Origin: Acutalibacteraceae bacterium
GTDB lineage: Bacteria; Bacillota; Clostridia; Oscillospirales; Acutalibacteraceae
DNA: 64,000 nucleotides
Assembly: GCA_045600535.1 (NCBI GenBank)
Contig: JAZRYD010000018.1
Coordinates: 50,505-114,504 of the forward strand
Reading direction: 5' to 3'
The notes below the pieces were generated by a model that saw only the letters and a program-made list of their open reading frames with translations, did no database searches and had not been told where the DNA came from. Below are positions 1-10,255 of the stretch, piece after piece (the stretch's first letter is position 1; the number at the start of each line of letters is the position of its first letter). The translations under genes were made by a program, and so were the position numbers.

Positions 1-79
1 GATGGCTAAAAACTGCGCTCTGCTTGCAAAGGGCGAAGAGTGCGGTTCAAAAGAAGAAAAGGAGGCGGCTGAAGTATGA
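1..79 (+). CDS. rnfE: 3' end of probable Rnf complex subunit E (partial)
   Basis: Open frame ...MAKNCALLAKGEECGSKEEKEAAEV* whose stop overlaps the rnfA ATG (ATGA); assignment rests on rnfCDGEAB gene order only. Confidence 0.55.
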   Translation, partial: MAKNCALLAKGEECGSKEEKEAAEV

Positions 80-666
80 AAGGATATATCTATATACTCT
101 TAACGGCTATCCTCACGGGTAACTTTGTTCTCTGCAAATTCCTCGGTATATGCCCGTTCCTCGGCGTTTCCAAAAAGCTCAATACGGCAGTCGGAATGTC
201 AACGGCGGTTGTGTTTGTTATGGCACTTGCAACGGCTGTTACATATCCCATAAATTCTCTGCTTGTTAAAAATGACTTGGAATATCTTCAGACTATCGTT
301 TTCATTCTTGTTATTGCGGCACTTGTTCAGCTTGTTGAAATTATTCTCAAGAAGTTCATTCCGTCGCTCTATAACGCTCTCGGAATTTATCTTCCGCTTA
401 TCACAACCAACTGCGCTGTTCTCGGCGTTGTTCTGCTTAACATAACCGAGGGCTACACATTCGGTCAGTCGATGTTCAACAGCATCGGCGGCGGTCTCGG
501 CTTTATGCTGGCCATGGTTATCTTCTCGGGTGTTCGTTCAAGACTTGAAAGCTGTGATATTCCCAAGTTCCTCAGAGGACTTCCGATAGTTCTTATTGCG
601 GCTTCCATTGTTTCCGTTTCGTTTATGGGCTTCACCGGCATTGTTGACGGTTTGCTCGGAATGTAA
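76..666 (+). CDS. rnfA: Rnf electron transport complex subunit A
   Basis: FLGICPFLGVS and LPLITTNCAVLG motifs, hydrophobic 196 aa, RBS AGGAGG. Confidence 0.95.
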   Translation: MKGYIYILLTAILTGNFVLCKFLGICPFLGVSKKLNTAVGMSTAVVFVMALATAVTYPINSLLVKNDLEYLQTIVFILVIAALVQLVEIILKKFIPSLYNALGIYLPLITTNCAVLGVVLLNITEGYTFGQSMFNSIGGGLGFMLAMVIFSGVRSRLESCDIPKFLRGLPIVLIAASIVSVSFMGFTGIVDGLLGM

Positions 667-679
667 GGGGGTGCGGTAA

Positions 680-1489
680 ATGAATCCTATTCTTTTAGCT
701 GTTATTCTTCTTGCCGTTGTTGGCTTCATAGCGGCAGTAGGTCTTACCGTGGCTTCAAAGGTTTTTGCCGTTCCAGTTGATGAAAAGGCGGAAAAAATCA
801 GAGAATGTCTGCCCGGTGCAAACTGCGGTGCGTGCGGATTTTCGGGCTGTGACGGCTATGCCGCCGCTCTCTCAAAGGGTGAAACAACAAATACCGCCCT
901 GTGCGCCCCCGGCGGAAGCGAAGCTTCCAAGGCAATCGGCGAGGTAACCGGTCTTGCCGCAGGCGATGTTAAGCCCATGGCGGCTGTGGTTATGTGTCAG
1001 GGTCATTATAATAATGCGGTTCAAAAGCTTGAATATCAGGGCGTTCAGAGCTGTAAAATGGCGGCTCAGATATTCGGCGGCCCGAAAGAGTGCATTTACG
1101 GCTGCCTCGGCTTCGGTGACTGCGTTGAAGCCTGCGAATACGGTGCAATAAATATCTGCAACGGAATCGCGAGAATAAATCCCTATGAGTGCAAGGCCTG
1201 CAAAAAGTGCGTAAAAACCTGCCCGAAGGCGCTTATTGAGCTTATGCCGCTTGAAGAAACAAGAGCGGCGGTTCTCTGCAAGAACCACGATAAGGGTGCG
1301 GCAACCCGCAAGGAATGCACGGCAGGCTGTATCGGCTGTATGAAATGCGTTAAATCCTGCGAAAACGAGGCAATCAGCATTGACCGTTTCTGCGCCAAGG
1401 TTGACTTTGAAAAATGCACGGGCTGCGGCAAATGCCACGAGCAATGCCCCGTAGGCGCGATAGATGTTATATCTCTCATAAAAGCATAA
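680..1489 (+). CDS. rnfB: Rnf electron transport complex subunit B (polyferredoxin)
   Basis: N-terminal TM, LPGANCGACGFSGC and multiple CxxCxxCxxxC motifs. Confidence 0.95.
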   Translation: MNPILLAVILLAVVGFIAAVGLTVASKVFAVPVDEKAEKIRECLPGANCGACGFSGCDGYAAALSKGETTNTALCAPGGSEASKAIGEVTGLAAGDVKPMAAVVMCQGHYNNAVQKLEYQGVQSCKMAAQIFGGPKECIYGCLGFGDCVEACEYGAINICNGIARINPYECKACKKCVKTCPKALIELMPLEETRAAVLCKNHDKGAATRKECTAGCIGCMKCVKSCENEAISIDRFCAKVDFEKCTGCGKCHEQCPVGAIDVISLIKA

Positions 1490-1528
1490 AATAAAACCGC
1501 CGATTCAATCGGCGGTTTTATTTTATGC
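1484..1528. terminator. Bidirectional intrinsic terminator
   Basis: Perfect inverted repeat GCATAAAATAAAACCGCCGAT-tca-ATCGGCGGTTTTATTTTATGC between convergent genes. Confidence 0.85.
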
Positions 1529-1568
1529 AAATTTCACTTGCGGTATTTCGGTTTTGTCTGCTTTTAAA

Positions 1569-1751
1569 TCAGAAGCCGAATCTGGTTTCAAGGAACTTTG
1601 TTACCAATACCCAGATAGGATTCCAGATAGGAGCAAACTTGGTAAGCAGCTCTGCGATAAAATCAAAGTTTATGGTTTTAAGGTCAAAGTTTGCTATACC
1701 GTTAAGGATTGTCATGATAAGGTCCTGTAAGCCCTGAGTTTCGATTCCCAT
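1569..1751 (-). CDS. 60-aa amphipathic microprotein of unknown function
   Basis: ATG at 1751 preceded by RBS AGAAAGGGGG and a perfect TTGACA-17-TATAAT promoter; MGIETQGLQDLIMTILNGIANFDLKTINFDFIAELLTKFAPIWNPIWVLVTKFLETRFGF. Confidence 0.8.
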   Translation of the reverse strand: MGIETQGLQDLIMTILNGIANFDLKTINFDFIAELLTKFAPIWNPIWVLVTKFLETRFGF

Positions 1752-1797
1752 TTTGAAAGTCCCCCTTTCTTGCTTTCTGTTTCGGATGGCTGTGCTT

Positions 1798-1826
1798 ATT
1801 ATATAACAATATCGGTTAATTGTCAA
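1798..1826 (-). promoter_or_regulatory. Consensus sigma-A promoter of the microprotein gene
   Basis: TTGACA (1826-1821), 17 nt spacer, TATAAT (1803-1798). Confidence 0.8.
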
Positions 1827-1866
1827 TACGGAAAATTTAAACAATGTATGACAAAACTGTATCGCT

Positions 1867-3114
1867 TTATACGCAATATTTCTGATATCTGTCAATCATG
1901 GCGACATCGGCGGTAAGCTCAAAATACAAGCCCTCGGGTTTATATTCTTCAAAAGAAATTACGCTGTCCTTTCTCAGCACTGCCGCAGCCGCACCGTCTG
2001 AATAGGGAATGAGCATTTTTGCTTTTGCTCTCGTGGGCGGAAGCGCCTTTGAAACGGCTTCAAGAAGCTCATCAAGCCCTTTTCCTTCAAGTGCCGAAAT
2101 CATAACCGCTCCCGGGCGGCGAATAACATCGGTATCCGCTTCGGGCAGGTCACATTTATTGAAAACGGGTATAACGGGCTTGCCGCTGCACCCAAGCTCT
2201 TCAAGCAGGTCATCGGTAACCTGCAAATGCTCTGAGCATTTGGGGTCTGAGGCGTCGCACACATTAAGTATAACCTTGGCGCATACCGCTTCTTCGAGGG
2301 TGGATTTGAACGCTTCAACCAGATTATGAGGCAGGCGGCGGATAAATCCGACGGTATCAATCAGCATAACCTTTCTGCCGTCGGGCAGAATAAGCGCTCT
2401 TGAGGTGGGGTCAAGAGTTGCAAAAAGCTTGTCCTGAGCCAGCACTCCGGCTTCGGTGAGCGTATTCATAAGGGTTGATTTTCCGGCATTGGTATAGCCG
2501 ACGATAACAACGGTTTCAACGCCGTCCTTATCTCTTCTTGCCCTTGCAAGGGAACGCCTTTTTTCAAGTGCTTCAAGCTCGTCCTCAAGCGCCTTTATCC
2601 TGCGTCGGATATGGCGGCGGTCGGTTTCAAGCTTGGTTTCACCGGGACCTCTTGTGCCTATTCCGGCGCCGAGCCTTGAAAGCTTTGTGCCCTGACCCAT
2701 AAGGCGGGGGAGAGAATACTTAAGCTGTGCAAGCTCAACCTGCAATTTGCCCTCATTGCTTCTTGCCCTGTCGGCAAAAATATCAAGAATAAGCGTTGTG
2801 CGGTCAATAACTCTTACATCGGTGGCTTTTTCTATGCTGCGAAGCTGAGCGGGAGAAATTTCGCTGTCAACGATAACCAAATCGGCTTCGCAGTTTTTGC
2901 AGAATTCGCCCAGCTCTTCAAGCCTGCCGCTGCCGAGAAAGGTTGCGGAATCGGGTTTATCTCTTTTTTGCCACACTCTGCCGAGTACTTCCGCTCCCGC
3001 CGTTTCGGCAAGCTCTTCAAGCTCGTCAAGCGAGGATTCGCAGTCATATTCTCCCGTATCAACGGCAACCAGCACCGCTTTTTCGGGTTCGATTTTGTTT
3101 TCGTATAATTCCAT
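1867..3114 (-). CDS. hflX: GTPase HflX
   Basis: GIGTRGPGETKLE, GYTNAGKST, DKLFATLDPT, DTVGF, NKCD. Confidence 0.97.
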   Translation of the reverse strand: MELYENKIEPEKAVLVAVDTGEYDCESSLDELEELAETAGAEVLGRVWQKRDKPDSATFLGSGRLEELGEFCKNCEADLVIVDSEISPAQLRSIEKATDVRVIDRTTLILDIFADRARSNEGKLQVELAQLKYSLPRLMGQGTKLSRLGAGIGTRGPGETKLETDRRHIRRRIKALEDELEALEKRRSLARARRDKDGVETVVIVGYTNAGKSTLMNTLTEAGVLAQDKLFATLDPTSRALILPDGRKVMLIDTVGFIRRLPHNLVEAFKSTLEEAVCAKVILNVCDASDPKCSEHLQVTDDLLEELGCSGKPVIPVFNKCDLPEADTDVIRRPGAVMISALEGKGLDELLEAVSKALPPTRAKAKMLIPYSDGAAAAVLRKDSVISFEEYKPEGLYFELTADVAMIDRYQKYCV

Positions 3115-3160
3115 AATACCTCTTAAATATACGGGACTGCCTTTCGACAGCCCCGTTAAA

Positions 3161-4954
3161 TCAGTTAATTTTGATTGAATCCGCTTTGATTATTGCGCCG
3201 CTTCCGCTGTAAGAAACGGTTACATTTGCGCCCTTATCGAGAATAACAACATTCTCGTCCTTTGACGCCGAAATAACGAAATATGCCGCATTGGAGTCAA
3301 GCTTGATATAATAGTAGCTTTCTCCGCTCTTGACCGCTGTTCTGATGTCGGCAACAACACCGGTTGCGGTGAGCTTTTCCTGCTGAACATCGGGTTCAAC
3401 GGGTTCATCTTTCTTATCGGGAACAACGATTTCGCTCGGGTCAATATCAACATCTATGCCGCTGCTCTTGAGCGCCGAAATATAGGTTTCAAGGCACTTC
3501 GCAAGGTCTGTTCCGTTTGCACCCATCTTGTTGTTATTATACTGTGCAACATTGATAAGTGCATACTGCTGAACGATGTTGCTGCCGTTGGTTATATCCT
3601 TGAGTGAAAGGAAATATGTCGGTTCGCCGCCGATATTGAGAAGAAGCGGGAAGGTTGCGGTATAGCCAAGGTCTTTAACTCTGCCCTCTGCGGCAAGCTG
3701 AGCGGAATTTTCCGTACCGCCGGTTACGCTGTAGAAGATTGCTTCCTTGGTTCTCTGGTTAACAAGTGCAAAGCCGGTGATTGACTGGTCGGAGGTTACG
3801 GAGGTGATACCCGTATACATCCAAACATCATCGTCCTTGGCAATGTAGTTATAACCGGAAGTGGTCTTTATAACATTCTTCTGACCGAGAATTGAGTTCC
3901 AGAAGCCGTCCTGATATTTGCCGTAATAATCGTACTGTTCAACGATAAGGTCGGCATCATATATTCTGTCAATCCATTGAAGTGCGGGGTCGTTTTTGAT
4001 TTCATCAATGGTGTAGCTGTTATATTCAAATTCGTCGCTGTCGGCTCTCACTACAACAGCACCTATAACATCCGTACCGCCGAAAAGGCCGATTGTTTTA
4101 TCAAGGCGTGCGCAAATCCAATAGGGAACGCCGTTATCGTCGATTTCAAATGTTGCGTCCGCGAAAAGATAGGTCGGGAATGTAAAGCGCAGACGGCGCT
4201 TGAGAAGCTTGCTGAAATGCTCTGCGGGTGAAATCTTGATATTATTTTCAACCTCAACAAATTCGGCGCTCTCGTTTGCCATATCAACTATAACATATCC
4301 GGGGAACCCTTTTTTGGTGTTGAAGAACCATTTAATGATATTTTCATACTGAAGCGGAACAACTCTTACGGGAGTGCCCTTATAGTTTATCTGGGAATTT
4401 TCGCTGTAAACCGAGAACTGCGAAACAGCACCCATTTCGGAGAGCTTACCGAGCGCTCTGGAAGCAATCTGCCTTGCCGACTCCTCGTCGAGGCGGGGGA
4501 TTGCGCTGAATGAAGCGGCATCCTGCTCCTTGATTTCTTCGGAGAAATTGCTGTCTGTTCTGACGGGAATAATCTTGCTGTACTGCTTGGCTCTGAAAAA
4601 TTCGCACGAAACAACATAGCCTATTGCAACCGCAGCAACAAGAACGGCAATTATTATGCCCGATACTATTGCGTGTTTTTTAACATACGGCACATATTCC
4701 GGCTTTGTGAGCGCCTTGCTCAGCAGAGCGTTGAATACAACAAACGATGCCGCAACAAGTCCGATATAAAGATAAATATCATATGACTTGAAGTTAACGG
4801 CGGGAAGCATAAAATAGAAAGCAACTGCGGCGAAAACAACCGTGAGAATAAGGCTGATAACTATTTTAAGAGCCGCTCTTTCGGGAGGAATAACTATTTC
4901 ACTGCTGCCCGAGGCTCCGCCTTTTTTTGAAAAATCAACTTTAATGGGGTCCAT
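3161..4954 (-). CDS. Conserved membrane protein, 3 N-terminal TM helices and a large extracytoplasmic domain
   Basis: 597 aa ORF with RBS AAGGAG; hydrophobic N-terminus; no recognisable catalytic motif. Confidence 0.75.
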   Translation of the reverse strand: MDPIKVDFSKKGGASGSSEIVIPPERAALKIVISLILTVVFAAVAFYFMLPAVNFKSYDIYLYIGLVAASFVVFNALLSKALTKPEYVPYVKKHAIVSGIIIAVLVAAVAIGYVVSCEFFRAKQYSKIIPVRTDSNFSEEIKEQDAASFSAIPRLDEESARQIASRALGKLSEMGAVSQFSVYSENSQINYKGTPVRVVPLQYENIIKWFFNTKKGFPGYVIVDMANESAEFVEVENNIKISPAEHFSKLLKRRLRFTFPTYLFADATFEIDDNGVPYWICARLDKTIGLFGGTDVIGAVVVRADSDEFEYNSYTIDEIKNDPALQWIDRIYDADLIVEQYDYYGKYQDGFWNSILGQKNVIKTTSGYNYIAKDDDVWMYTGITSVTSDQSITGFALVNQRTKEAIFYSVTGGTENSAQLAAEGRVKDLGYTATFPLLLNIGGEPTYFLSLKDITNGSNIVQQYALINVAQYNNNKMGANGTDLAKCLETYISALKSSGIDVDIDPSEIVVPDKKDEPVEPDVQQEKLTATGVVADIRTAVKSGESYYYIKLDSNAAYFVISASKDENVVILDKGANVTVSYSGSGAIIKADSIKIN

Positions 4955-5108
4955 TTATCCAACTCCTTAAAACATATTATTAACAGTATACATTATTTTT
5001 TCCTATAATACAAGTATTTTTTGTAAACATTGCTATTATTCATATTCGGCTTGACTTTTATACTCCCGAAATGTTATTATATTCGACAAAGGAAGGAGTT
5101 GCATTATT

Positions 5109-6359
5109 ATGTTTTCGGATTATCTTGACACTATAGCTTTTGTTTCAAAATATGACAGCGAGGTCGGTTCGGCTATGTCAGCCGAGCTTGCAAGGCAGAA
5201 AAGAAACCTTGAGCTCATCGCTTCGGAAAATATCGTTTCTCCCGCAGTTATGGCGGCAATGGGAAGCGTTCTCACCAACAAATACGCAGAGGGCTACCCC
5301 GGAAAGAGATACTACGGAGGCTGCGAATGCGTTGATGTTGTTGAAAATATCGCAATCGACAGAGCAAAAGAGCTTTTCGGCGCGGAATTTGTCAATGTTC
5401 AGCCTCATTCGGGCGCTCAGGCAAATATGGCGGCTTATTCGGCAATCATCAACCCGGGCGACACCGTTATGGGAATGAACCTTGCTCACGGCGGACACCT
5501 TACCCACGGTTCACCCGTTAACGCCAGCGGCAAGCTCTATAATTTTGTTCCCTACGGCGTAAAAGATGACGGATTTATTGATTATGATGCACTCGAAAAA
5601 ACCGCTCTTGAGGTTAAGCCGAAGTTAATCGTTGCAGGCGCTTCTGCTTATCCGAGAATAATTGATTTTGAACGTATCAGCTCGGCTGCAAAGAAGGTCG
5701 GCGCATATTTTATGGTTGATATGGCTCATATCGCCGGACTTGTTGCCGCAGGACTTCACCCGTCACCCGTTCCCTATGCCGATATAGTTACCACAACAAC
5801 TCACAAAACTCTCAGAGGCCCCAGAGGCGGACTCATTCTCTGCAAGGAGGAACTCGGTGCGGCTGTTAATAAGGCTATTTTCCCCGGCAATCAGGGCGGC
5901 CCTCTTATGCACATAATCGCCGCAAAGGCTGTCTGCTTCGGCGAAGCACTCAAATCCGAATTTAAAGATTATCAGAAGAGAATCGCTGCAAACTGCGCCG
6001 CTCTCGCAAAGGGTCTTTCCGCAAGAGGCGTTAATATGGTTTCAGGCGGAACGGACAATCAACTTATCCTTGTTGACCTGCGTTCTCTCGGCATAACCGG
6101 CAAAGAGCTTGAGCAGAGACTTGACAAGGTTTATATCACCGCAAACAAGAACGCTGTTCCGAATGACCCCGAAAAGCCGTTCGTTACAAGCGGAGTAAGA
6201 CTCGGCACTGCCGCCGTTACTTCAAGAGGACTTAACGAAGCCGATATGGACAAGATTGCCGAGCTCATTTATCTCTGCGCTACCGATTTTGAAAACAGCG
6301 CCGATAAAATCAGAGAAAGTGTTTGCGAAATCTGCCGCAGAAATCCGATTTACGAATAA
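5109..6359 (+). CDS. glyA: Serine hydroxymethyltransferase
   Basis: [35 protein letters not shown] (PLP Lys). Confidence 0.98.
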   Translation: MFSDYLDTIAFVSKYDSEVGSAMSAELARQKRNLELIASENIVSPAVMAAMGSVLTNKYAEGYPGKRYYGGCECVDVVENIAIDRAKELFGAEFVNVQPHSGAQANMAAYSAIINPGDTVMGMNLAHGGHLTHGSPVNASGKLYNFVPYGVKDDGFIDYDALEKTALEVKPKLIVAGASAYPRIIDFERISSAAKKVGAYFMVDMAHIAGLVAAGLHPSPVPYADIVTTTTHKTLRGPRGGLILCKEELGAAVNKAIFPGNQGGPLMHIIAAKAVCFGEALKSEFKDYQKRIAANCAALAKGLSARGVNMVSGGTDNQLILVDLRSLGITGKELEQRLDKVYITANKNAVPNDPEKPFVTSGVRLGTAAVTSRGLNEADMDKIAELIYLCATDFENSADKIRESVCEICRRNPIYE

Positions 6360-6371
6360 GGAGAACGGAAA

Positions 6372-7235
6372 ATGGAAGGTATTTTCACCGCTCTGCTGAC
6401 CCCGTTTCACGATGACTATACAATAAACGAAGCATCACTTCATAAGCTTGTTGAATTTAATCTTGAAAAAGGCATCAACGGCTTTTATGTGGGCGGAAGC
6501 ACCGGCGAAGGTATGATAATGAGCGCCGATGAGCGGAAAGAGGTTTTTCGTATTGTCAAAGAAGCCGCAGGCGACAGAGTTCCGCTTATCGCTCACTGCG
6601 GAACGGTTTCAACCGACCGGGCCATTGATATGGCGAAAACCGCAGAGGCTCTCGGCTATGATGCAATATCCGCAGTTGCGCCGTATTATTACGGCTTCTC
6701 ATACCCTGCAATCAGAAAATACTATGATGATATTGTTTCGAGCGTAAATATTCCGATGGTGGTTTATAACTTCCCGGGAGGAAACGGATTCACATTCACC
6801 GCCGACTATGCCGCCGAGATGTTTGAGGACGAACGCTTTATGGGAATTAAGCACACCTCAACAGACCTTTTTGCGCTCCAGCAGTTCAAGCAGAAAATCA
6901 AAAGACCGATAACCGTTTTCAACGGCTTCGATGAAATGTGTCTGGGTGGTCTTGCGATGGGTGCAGACGGCGCAATCGGAAGCACATATAATTTTATGGG
7001 CAGTAAATTCGTTAAGCTCCGCAATGAATTTTTAAACGGAAACATTGAAGAAGCGCAGAGGCTTCAGAATGAAGCAAATGCGATTATAGCTCAGCTCATA
7101 AAATACGGCGTTATGCCCTGCGAAAAAGCAATTATGACACATCTCGGAATAGACTGCGGTCCGTGCCGCAGACCGTTCCTGCCTCTGAGCAAAGAGGGCT
7201 TTGATGCAATGAAGGTTATTGCGGAAAATCTTTAA
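6372..7235 (+). CDS. nanA: N-acetylneuraminate lyase
   Basis: DHDPS/NAL fold motifs GGSTGE, GIKHT, NGFDEM, GAIGSTYN. Confidence 0.85.
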   Translation: MEGIFTALLTPFHDDYTINEASLHKLVEFNLEKGINGFYVGGSTGEGMIMSADERKEVFRIVKEAAGDRVPLIAHCGTVSTDRAIDMAKTAEALGYDAISAVAPYYYGFSYPAIRKYYDDIVSSVNIPMVVYNFPGGNGFTFTADYAAEMFEDERFMGIKHTSTDLFALQQFKQKIKRPITVFNGFDEMCLGGLAMGADGAIGSTYNFMGSKFVKLRNEFLNGNIEEAQRLQNEANAIIAQLIKYGVMPCEKAIMTHLGIDCGPCRRPFLPLSKEGFDAMKVIAENL

Positions 7236-7250
7236 TAAAATGTTATAAGC

Positions 7251-7290
7251 AATCCCCCGATTTGATTTTTAAACCAAATCGGGGGATTTT
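7251..7290 (+). terminator. Intrinsic terminator after nanA
   Basis: AATCCCCCGATTTG...CAAATCGGGGGATTTT hairpin. Confidence 0.8.
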
Positions 7291-7378
7291 ACCGTTTTAC
7301 ATTATTGCATTTCTTATGAGCTCGCAAAAAGCCCATATTGCCCACACAAGGCTTCTGAAAAGTACCATATCAATTCTC

Positions 7379-8722
7379 CTATCCTGCGATTTTCGGAATA
7401 ATTCCGAACGCATCAAAAAGCTTTTCCCCGATAAGGTCAATAAGAGTTACGCTCAGTCTCTGATACCAGAGCCAGAAAATTCTGCCGATAAAATTATCGG
7501 GAATGGGCGAAGCGGGTATATCCTTATCAATTCTGCCCTCATAACGAAGCTCAAACGGCTGAGAATAGGTAACGCCGTGAGATGCACTCTTAAGTACAAA
7601 TCTTACATAACAGCCGAGCTCATTTTCGTGTTCATTAAGGTCAAGAGTATATTTGCATGAGCCGGAATTATCGCTTGCAATCACCTTGCCGTCGGCAACC
7701 CATTCGATTGTGTCGCAGCCTCTGGCTTTATCGCATTCAACGGTGATTTTATTGCCGTCAATGCTGATATTCGTAACAATCGGAACAAGGCCGTCGCCCT
7801 CGATTTCATTTGCTCTTGACGGATTTTTCTGATACTTGCTCGCTGCAAAGAATGCACCCGAAATCATCGCCTGCTTAACATTTTCTTCGGTGTTTTCGGT
7901 AAGCGGGAAAAGCTCAAATGACCTGCCGACCTCGCTTCTGTATTCGGAATCATCGTCGGCAAAGCCCCATATGCTTCTGCCCTTGGGGATAACAACCTGC
8001 AAAAGCTCGTCCCAGAGTTCTCTGTCGGCTCTCGTGCAGTTATCGGTGTTGTTGATTATTTCAAGACCCAGGCAGGTTTTATATTTTGTTAAGATATTTG
8101 CAAAATAGTTGATATAAAAATTATTGTGTGAGCGTTCAGGATAGTTGTTTGAATTAACCCAGTCGCCGACATGGTTCAGAACGCTGTAACCGCCTGATTT
8201 TTCAATCTCACGGGGTGCGGTTTCATAATCGTTTTCCGTGCCCCATACGCCCTGACCGTAGGTTGTCCAGTAGCCGTTTACATGGGTCTTTGAAACAACC
8301 GCCATATTGCATTCGATGCCGCCTTTTATATCGGTCATTCCTCTGCCGTTTCTGTCCGAACCCGTGGTTATGCGGATATAATCCTCATCGGAAATCGGAG
8401 AAACGCTCTTAAAACCGTTGAATATGCCGTTTGTTTTCTTTTTCTTATTCCAGCCGTTGTTTATAACACCGTGGTCGGTAATGGCAAGAATATCGTAACC
8501 CGCATCGTAGTAAAGTCCGAGCCATTCTGAAAGGTCGCATTCACCGTCGCTTGCGTTGGTGTGGCAATGCAGACAGGCTTTATAGGTTTCCGAGTTTTCC
8601 CAGTTGACATTTTCATATGGATTTATTACGGTGTATTTTTTTGATACTGTTGCACCTGCGAAAACACAGACGCAGGAACATATTATAAGTGCGGCAAGCA
8701 GAACCGAAATTATTTTTTTCAT
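7379..8722 (-). CDS. Secreted PHP-family metal-dependent phosphoesterase-like protein
   Basis: Sec signal peptide, HCHT and AITDHG PHP motifs, amphipathic C-terminal tail. Confidence 0.75.
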   Translation of the reverse strand: MKKIISVLLAALIICSCVCVFAGATVSKKYTVINPYENVNWENSETYKACLHCHTNASDGECDLSEWLGLYYDAGYDILAITDHGVINNGWNKKKKTNGIFNGFKSVSPISDEDYIRITTGSDRNGRGMTDIKGGIECNMAVVSKTHVNGYWTTYGQGVWGTENDYETAPREIEKSGGYSVLNHVGDWVNSNNYPERSHNNFYINYFANILTKYKTCLGLEIINNTDNCTRADRELWDELLQVVIPKGRSIWGFADDDSEYRSEVGRSFELFPLTENTEENVKQAMISGAFFAASKYQKNPSRANEIEGDGLVPIVTNISIDGNKITVECDKARGCDTIEWVADGKVIASDNSGSCKYTLDLNEHENELGCYVRFVLKSASHGVTYSQPFELRYEGRIDKDIPASPIPDNFIGRIFWLWYQRLSVTLIDLIGEKLFDAFGIIPKIAG

Positions 8723-8734
8723 AATTTCCTCCCG

Positions 8735-10240
8735 TTAATATAATTTAATCATCTGCCCCAGCGGATTATATCCGAGAGCAAAATATTTGAATATCCATAT
8801 AATCGGGTTCCACTTGAATATTGCCACATCAAGAACGGTAACAAGTCCTCTGAGGAACGCCGGCAAATCGTGAGTTTTCGGAACGGCAACGGGTTCAAAA
8901 ACCTCGCCGTTCTTGTGAATTTTCATCGGCTGAGCGTAGCAGATGCCGTTATCTCCCGAGAGATAGAATCTTACATACATATAAGGCTCGCTGAGCAGGT
9001 CAGTTCTGTGCAAATCAAGCTCGGCATAGCCTCCCTTGCAGTCATAGTCACGGAGAAGAACATTTCCTGCCGATACCCAGGTGATATAATTGAAGTTTTC
9101 GCCCCAAACCTTTATAATATCGTTTTCCTCGTCAACCTCGATTTTCGTGACCTTGGGGGTGTTATCCTTCCACCATTCAACCTTATCGAAGTTTTCGTCA
9201 AGATAGCCCTCCATCTCCTGCATACCGTTAAGCTCAAAACCGTTTGAGAAATGCGAAACGGCAAAGAACTCACCGTTTGTCATACAGCTTCTGAGAGCCT
9301 TGTTGGAAAGCTCGGGCATATACATAATCGTGTAAGCATCGTTGATTGATGTCTGACTGTGGGAATCCGAGAAGCTGAAGCCCCACGGAGTTACGCCGTT
9401 GGGAATGGTTTTCTGAAGTATCTGGTCATAAAGTATTCTGTCGCAGCGGGTGTGTGCATCGGTTGCGCTGTTTATTCCCATTCCTACGCTTGAACCCGGG
9501 TTATCAAGGAATATTCTCGCAAATTTATTTACATAATATTCGTCAACCTTCTGCGAAACATGGTCTGCCGAGTCCTTATCGGGATAAACATATTCTCCGA
9601 TATGGGCAAGCATCGTTACGCCGCCGTCTTTGTTGACCTGAGCCGACGGGGTTTCGTAATCGCCGTAAACGCCTGCATAACCCTGACCGTAATCGCTCCA
9701 ATAGCCGGTAAGGTGGCAGTCGCAGACGGGGGTTGCCATATTAAGCTCGTTGCCCTTTTCAACATCGAGCATACCGTTTAAATGCGTTCTCGTTCTGTCC
9801 GTATAAACTTTTTCTCCGTCTTTTATGTAGGAAAATACTTCACTTTGAGCCGTTCCGCCCGTATAACCTGTGTATTCTTCCATTGTGAGAGGTACTATCG
9901 GATTTTTTGCTCCGCCGGTGCGCTCTTTTTTTATTGCTCTGACTATGGGGATAGTCTGCGGAGCAACATTCCAGCCGCGGTTCGTTGTTCCGTGGTCGGT
10001 AATTGCAACAATATCATAATCAAGCGCATAATAATCGGCTATTGCTTCGCCGATGGGCTGATAACCGTCGCTCGCCGTTGTGTGGCAATGAAGCTGAGTT
10101 TTATAGCCCTGCCAGCTTTCCCAATCAACATTTGCATACGGATTTTTTATTGTATATGTATCTTTATAGGCAAAAGTCGGAACGCAGAGTGCCGAGAAGC
10201 ACATCAGGGCGCAGAGTAAAACCGAAATTACTTTTTTCAT
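8735..10240 (-). CDS. Secreted PHP-family metal-dependent phosphoesterase-like protein (paralog of adjacent gene)
   Basis: Signal peptide MKKVISVLL, HCHT, AITDHG and SDSH motifs; shares NPY.NV.W and YxQP with 7379-8722. Confidence 0.75.
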   Translation of the reverse strand: MKKVISVLLCALMCFSALCVPTFAYKDTYTIKNPYANVDWESWQGYKTQLHCHTTASDGYQPIGEAIADYYALDYDIVAITDHGTTNRGWNVAPQTIPIVRAIKKERTGGAKNPIVPLTMEEYTGYTGGTAQSEVFSYIKDGEKVYTDRTRTHLNGMLDVEKGNELNMATPVCDCHLTGYWSDYGQGYAGVYGDYETPSAQVNKDGGVTMLAHIGEYVYPDKDSADHVSQKVDEYYVNKFARIFLDNPGSSVGMGINSATDAHTRCDRILYDQILQKTIPNGVTPWGFSFSDSHSQTSINDAYTIMYMPELSNKALRSCMTNGEFFAVSHFSNGFELNGMQEMEGYLDENFDKVEWWKDNTPKVTKIEVDEENDIIKVWGENFNYITWVSAGNVLLRDYDCKGGYAELDLHRTDLLSEPYMYVRFYLSGDNGICYAQPMKIHKNGEVFEPVAVPKTHDLPAFLRGLVTVLDVAIFKWNPIIWIFKYFALGYNPLGQMIKLY

Positions 10241-10255
10241 ATATTTCACCTTTTC

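Noticed and set aside
1752-1895. N-terminal extension of the 108-aa ORF call
   Set aside because: It overlaps the hflX end and the promoter; the RBS supports the ATG at 1751
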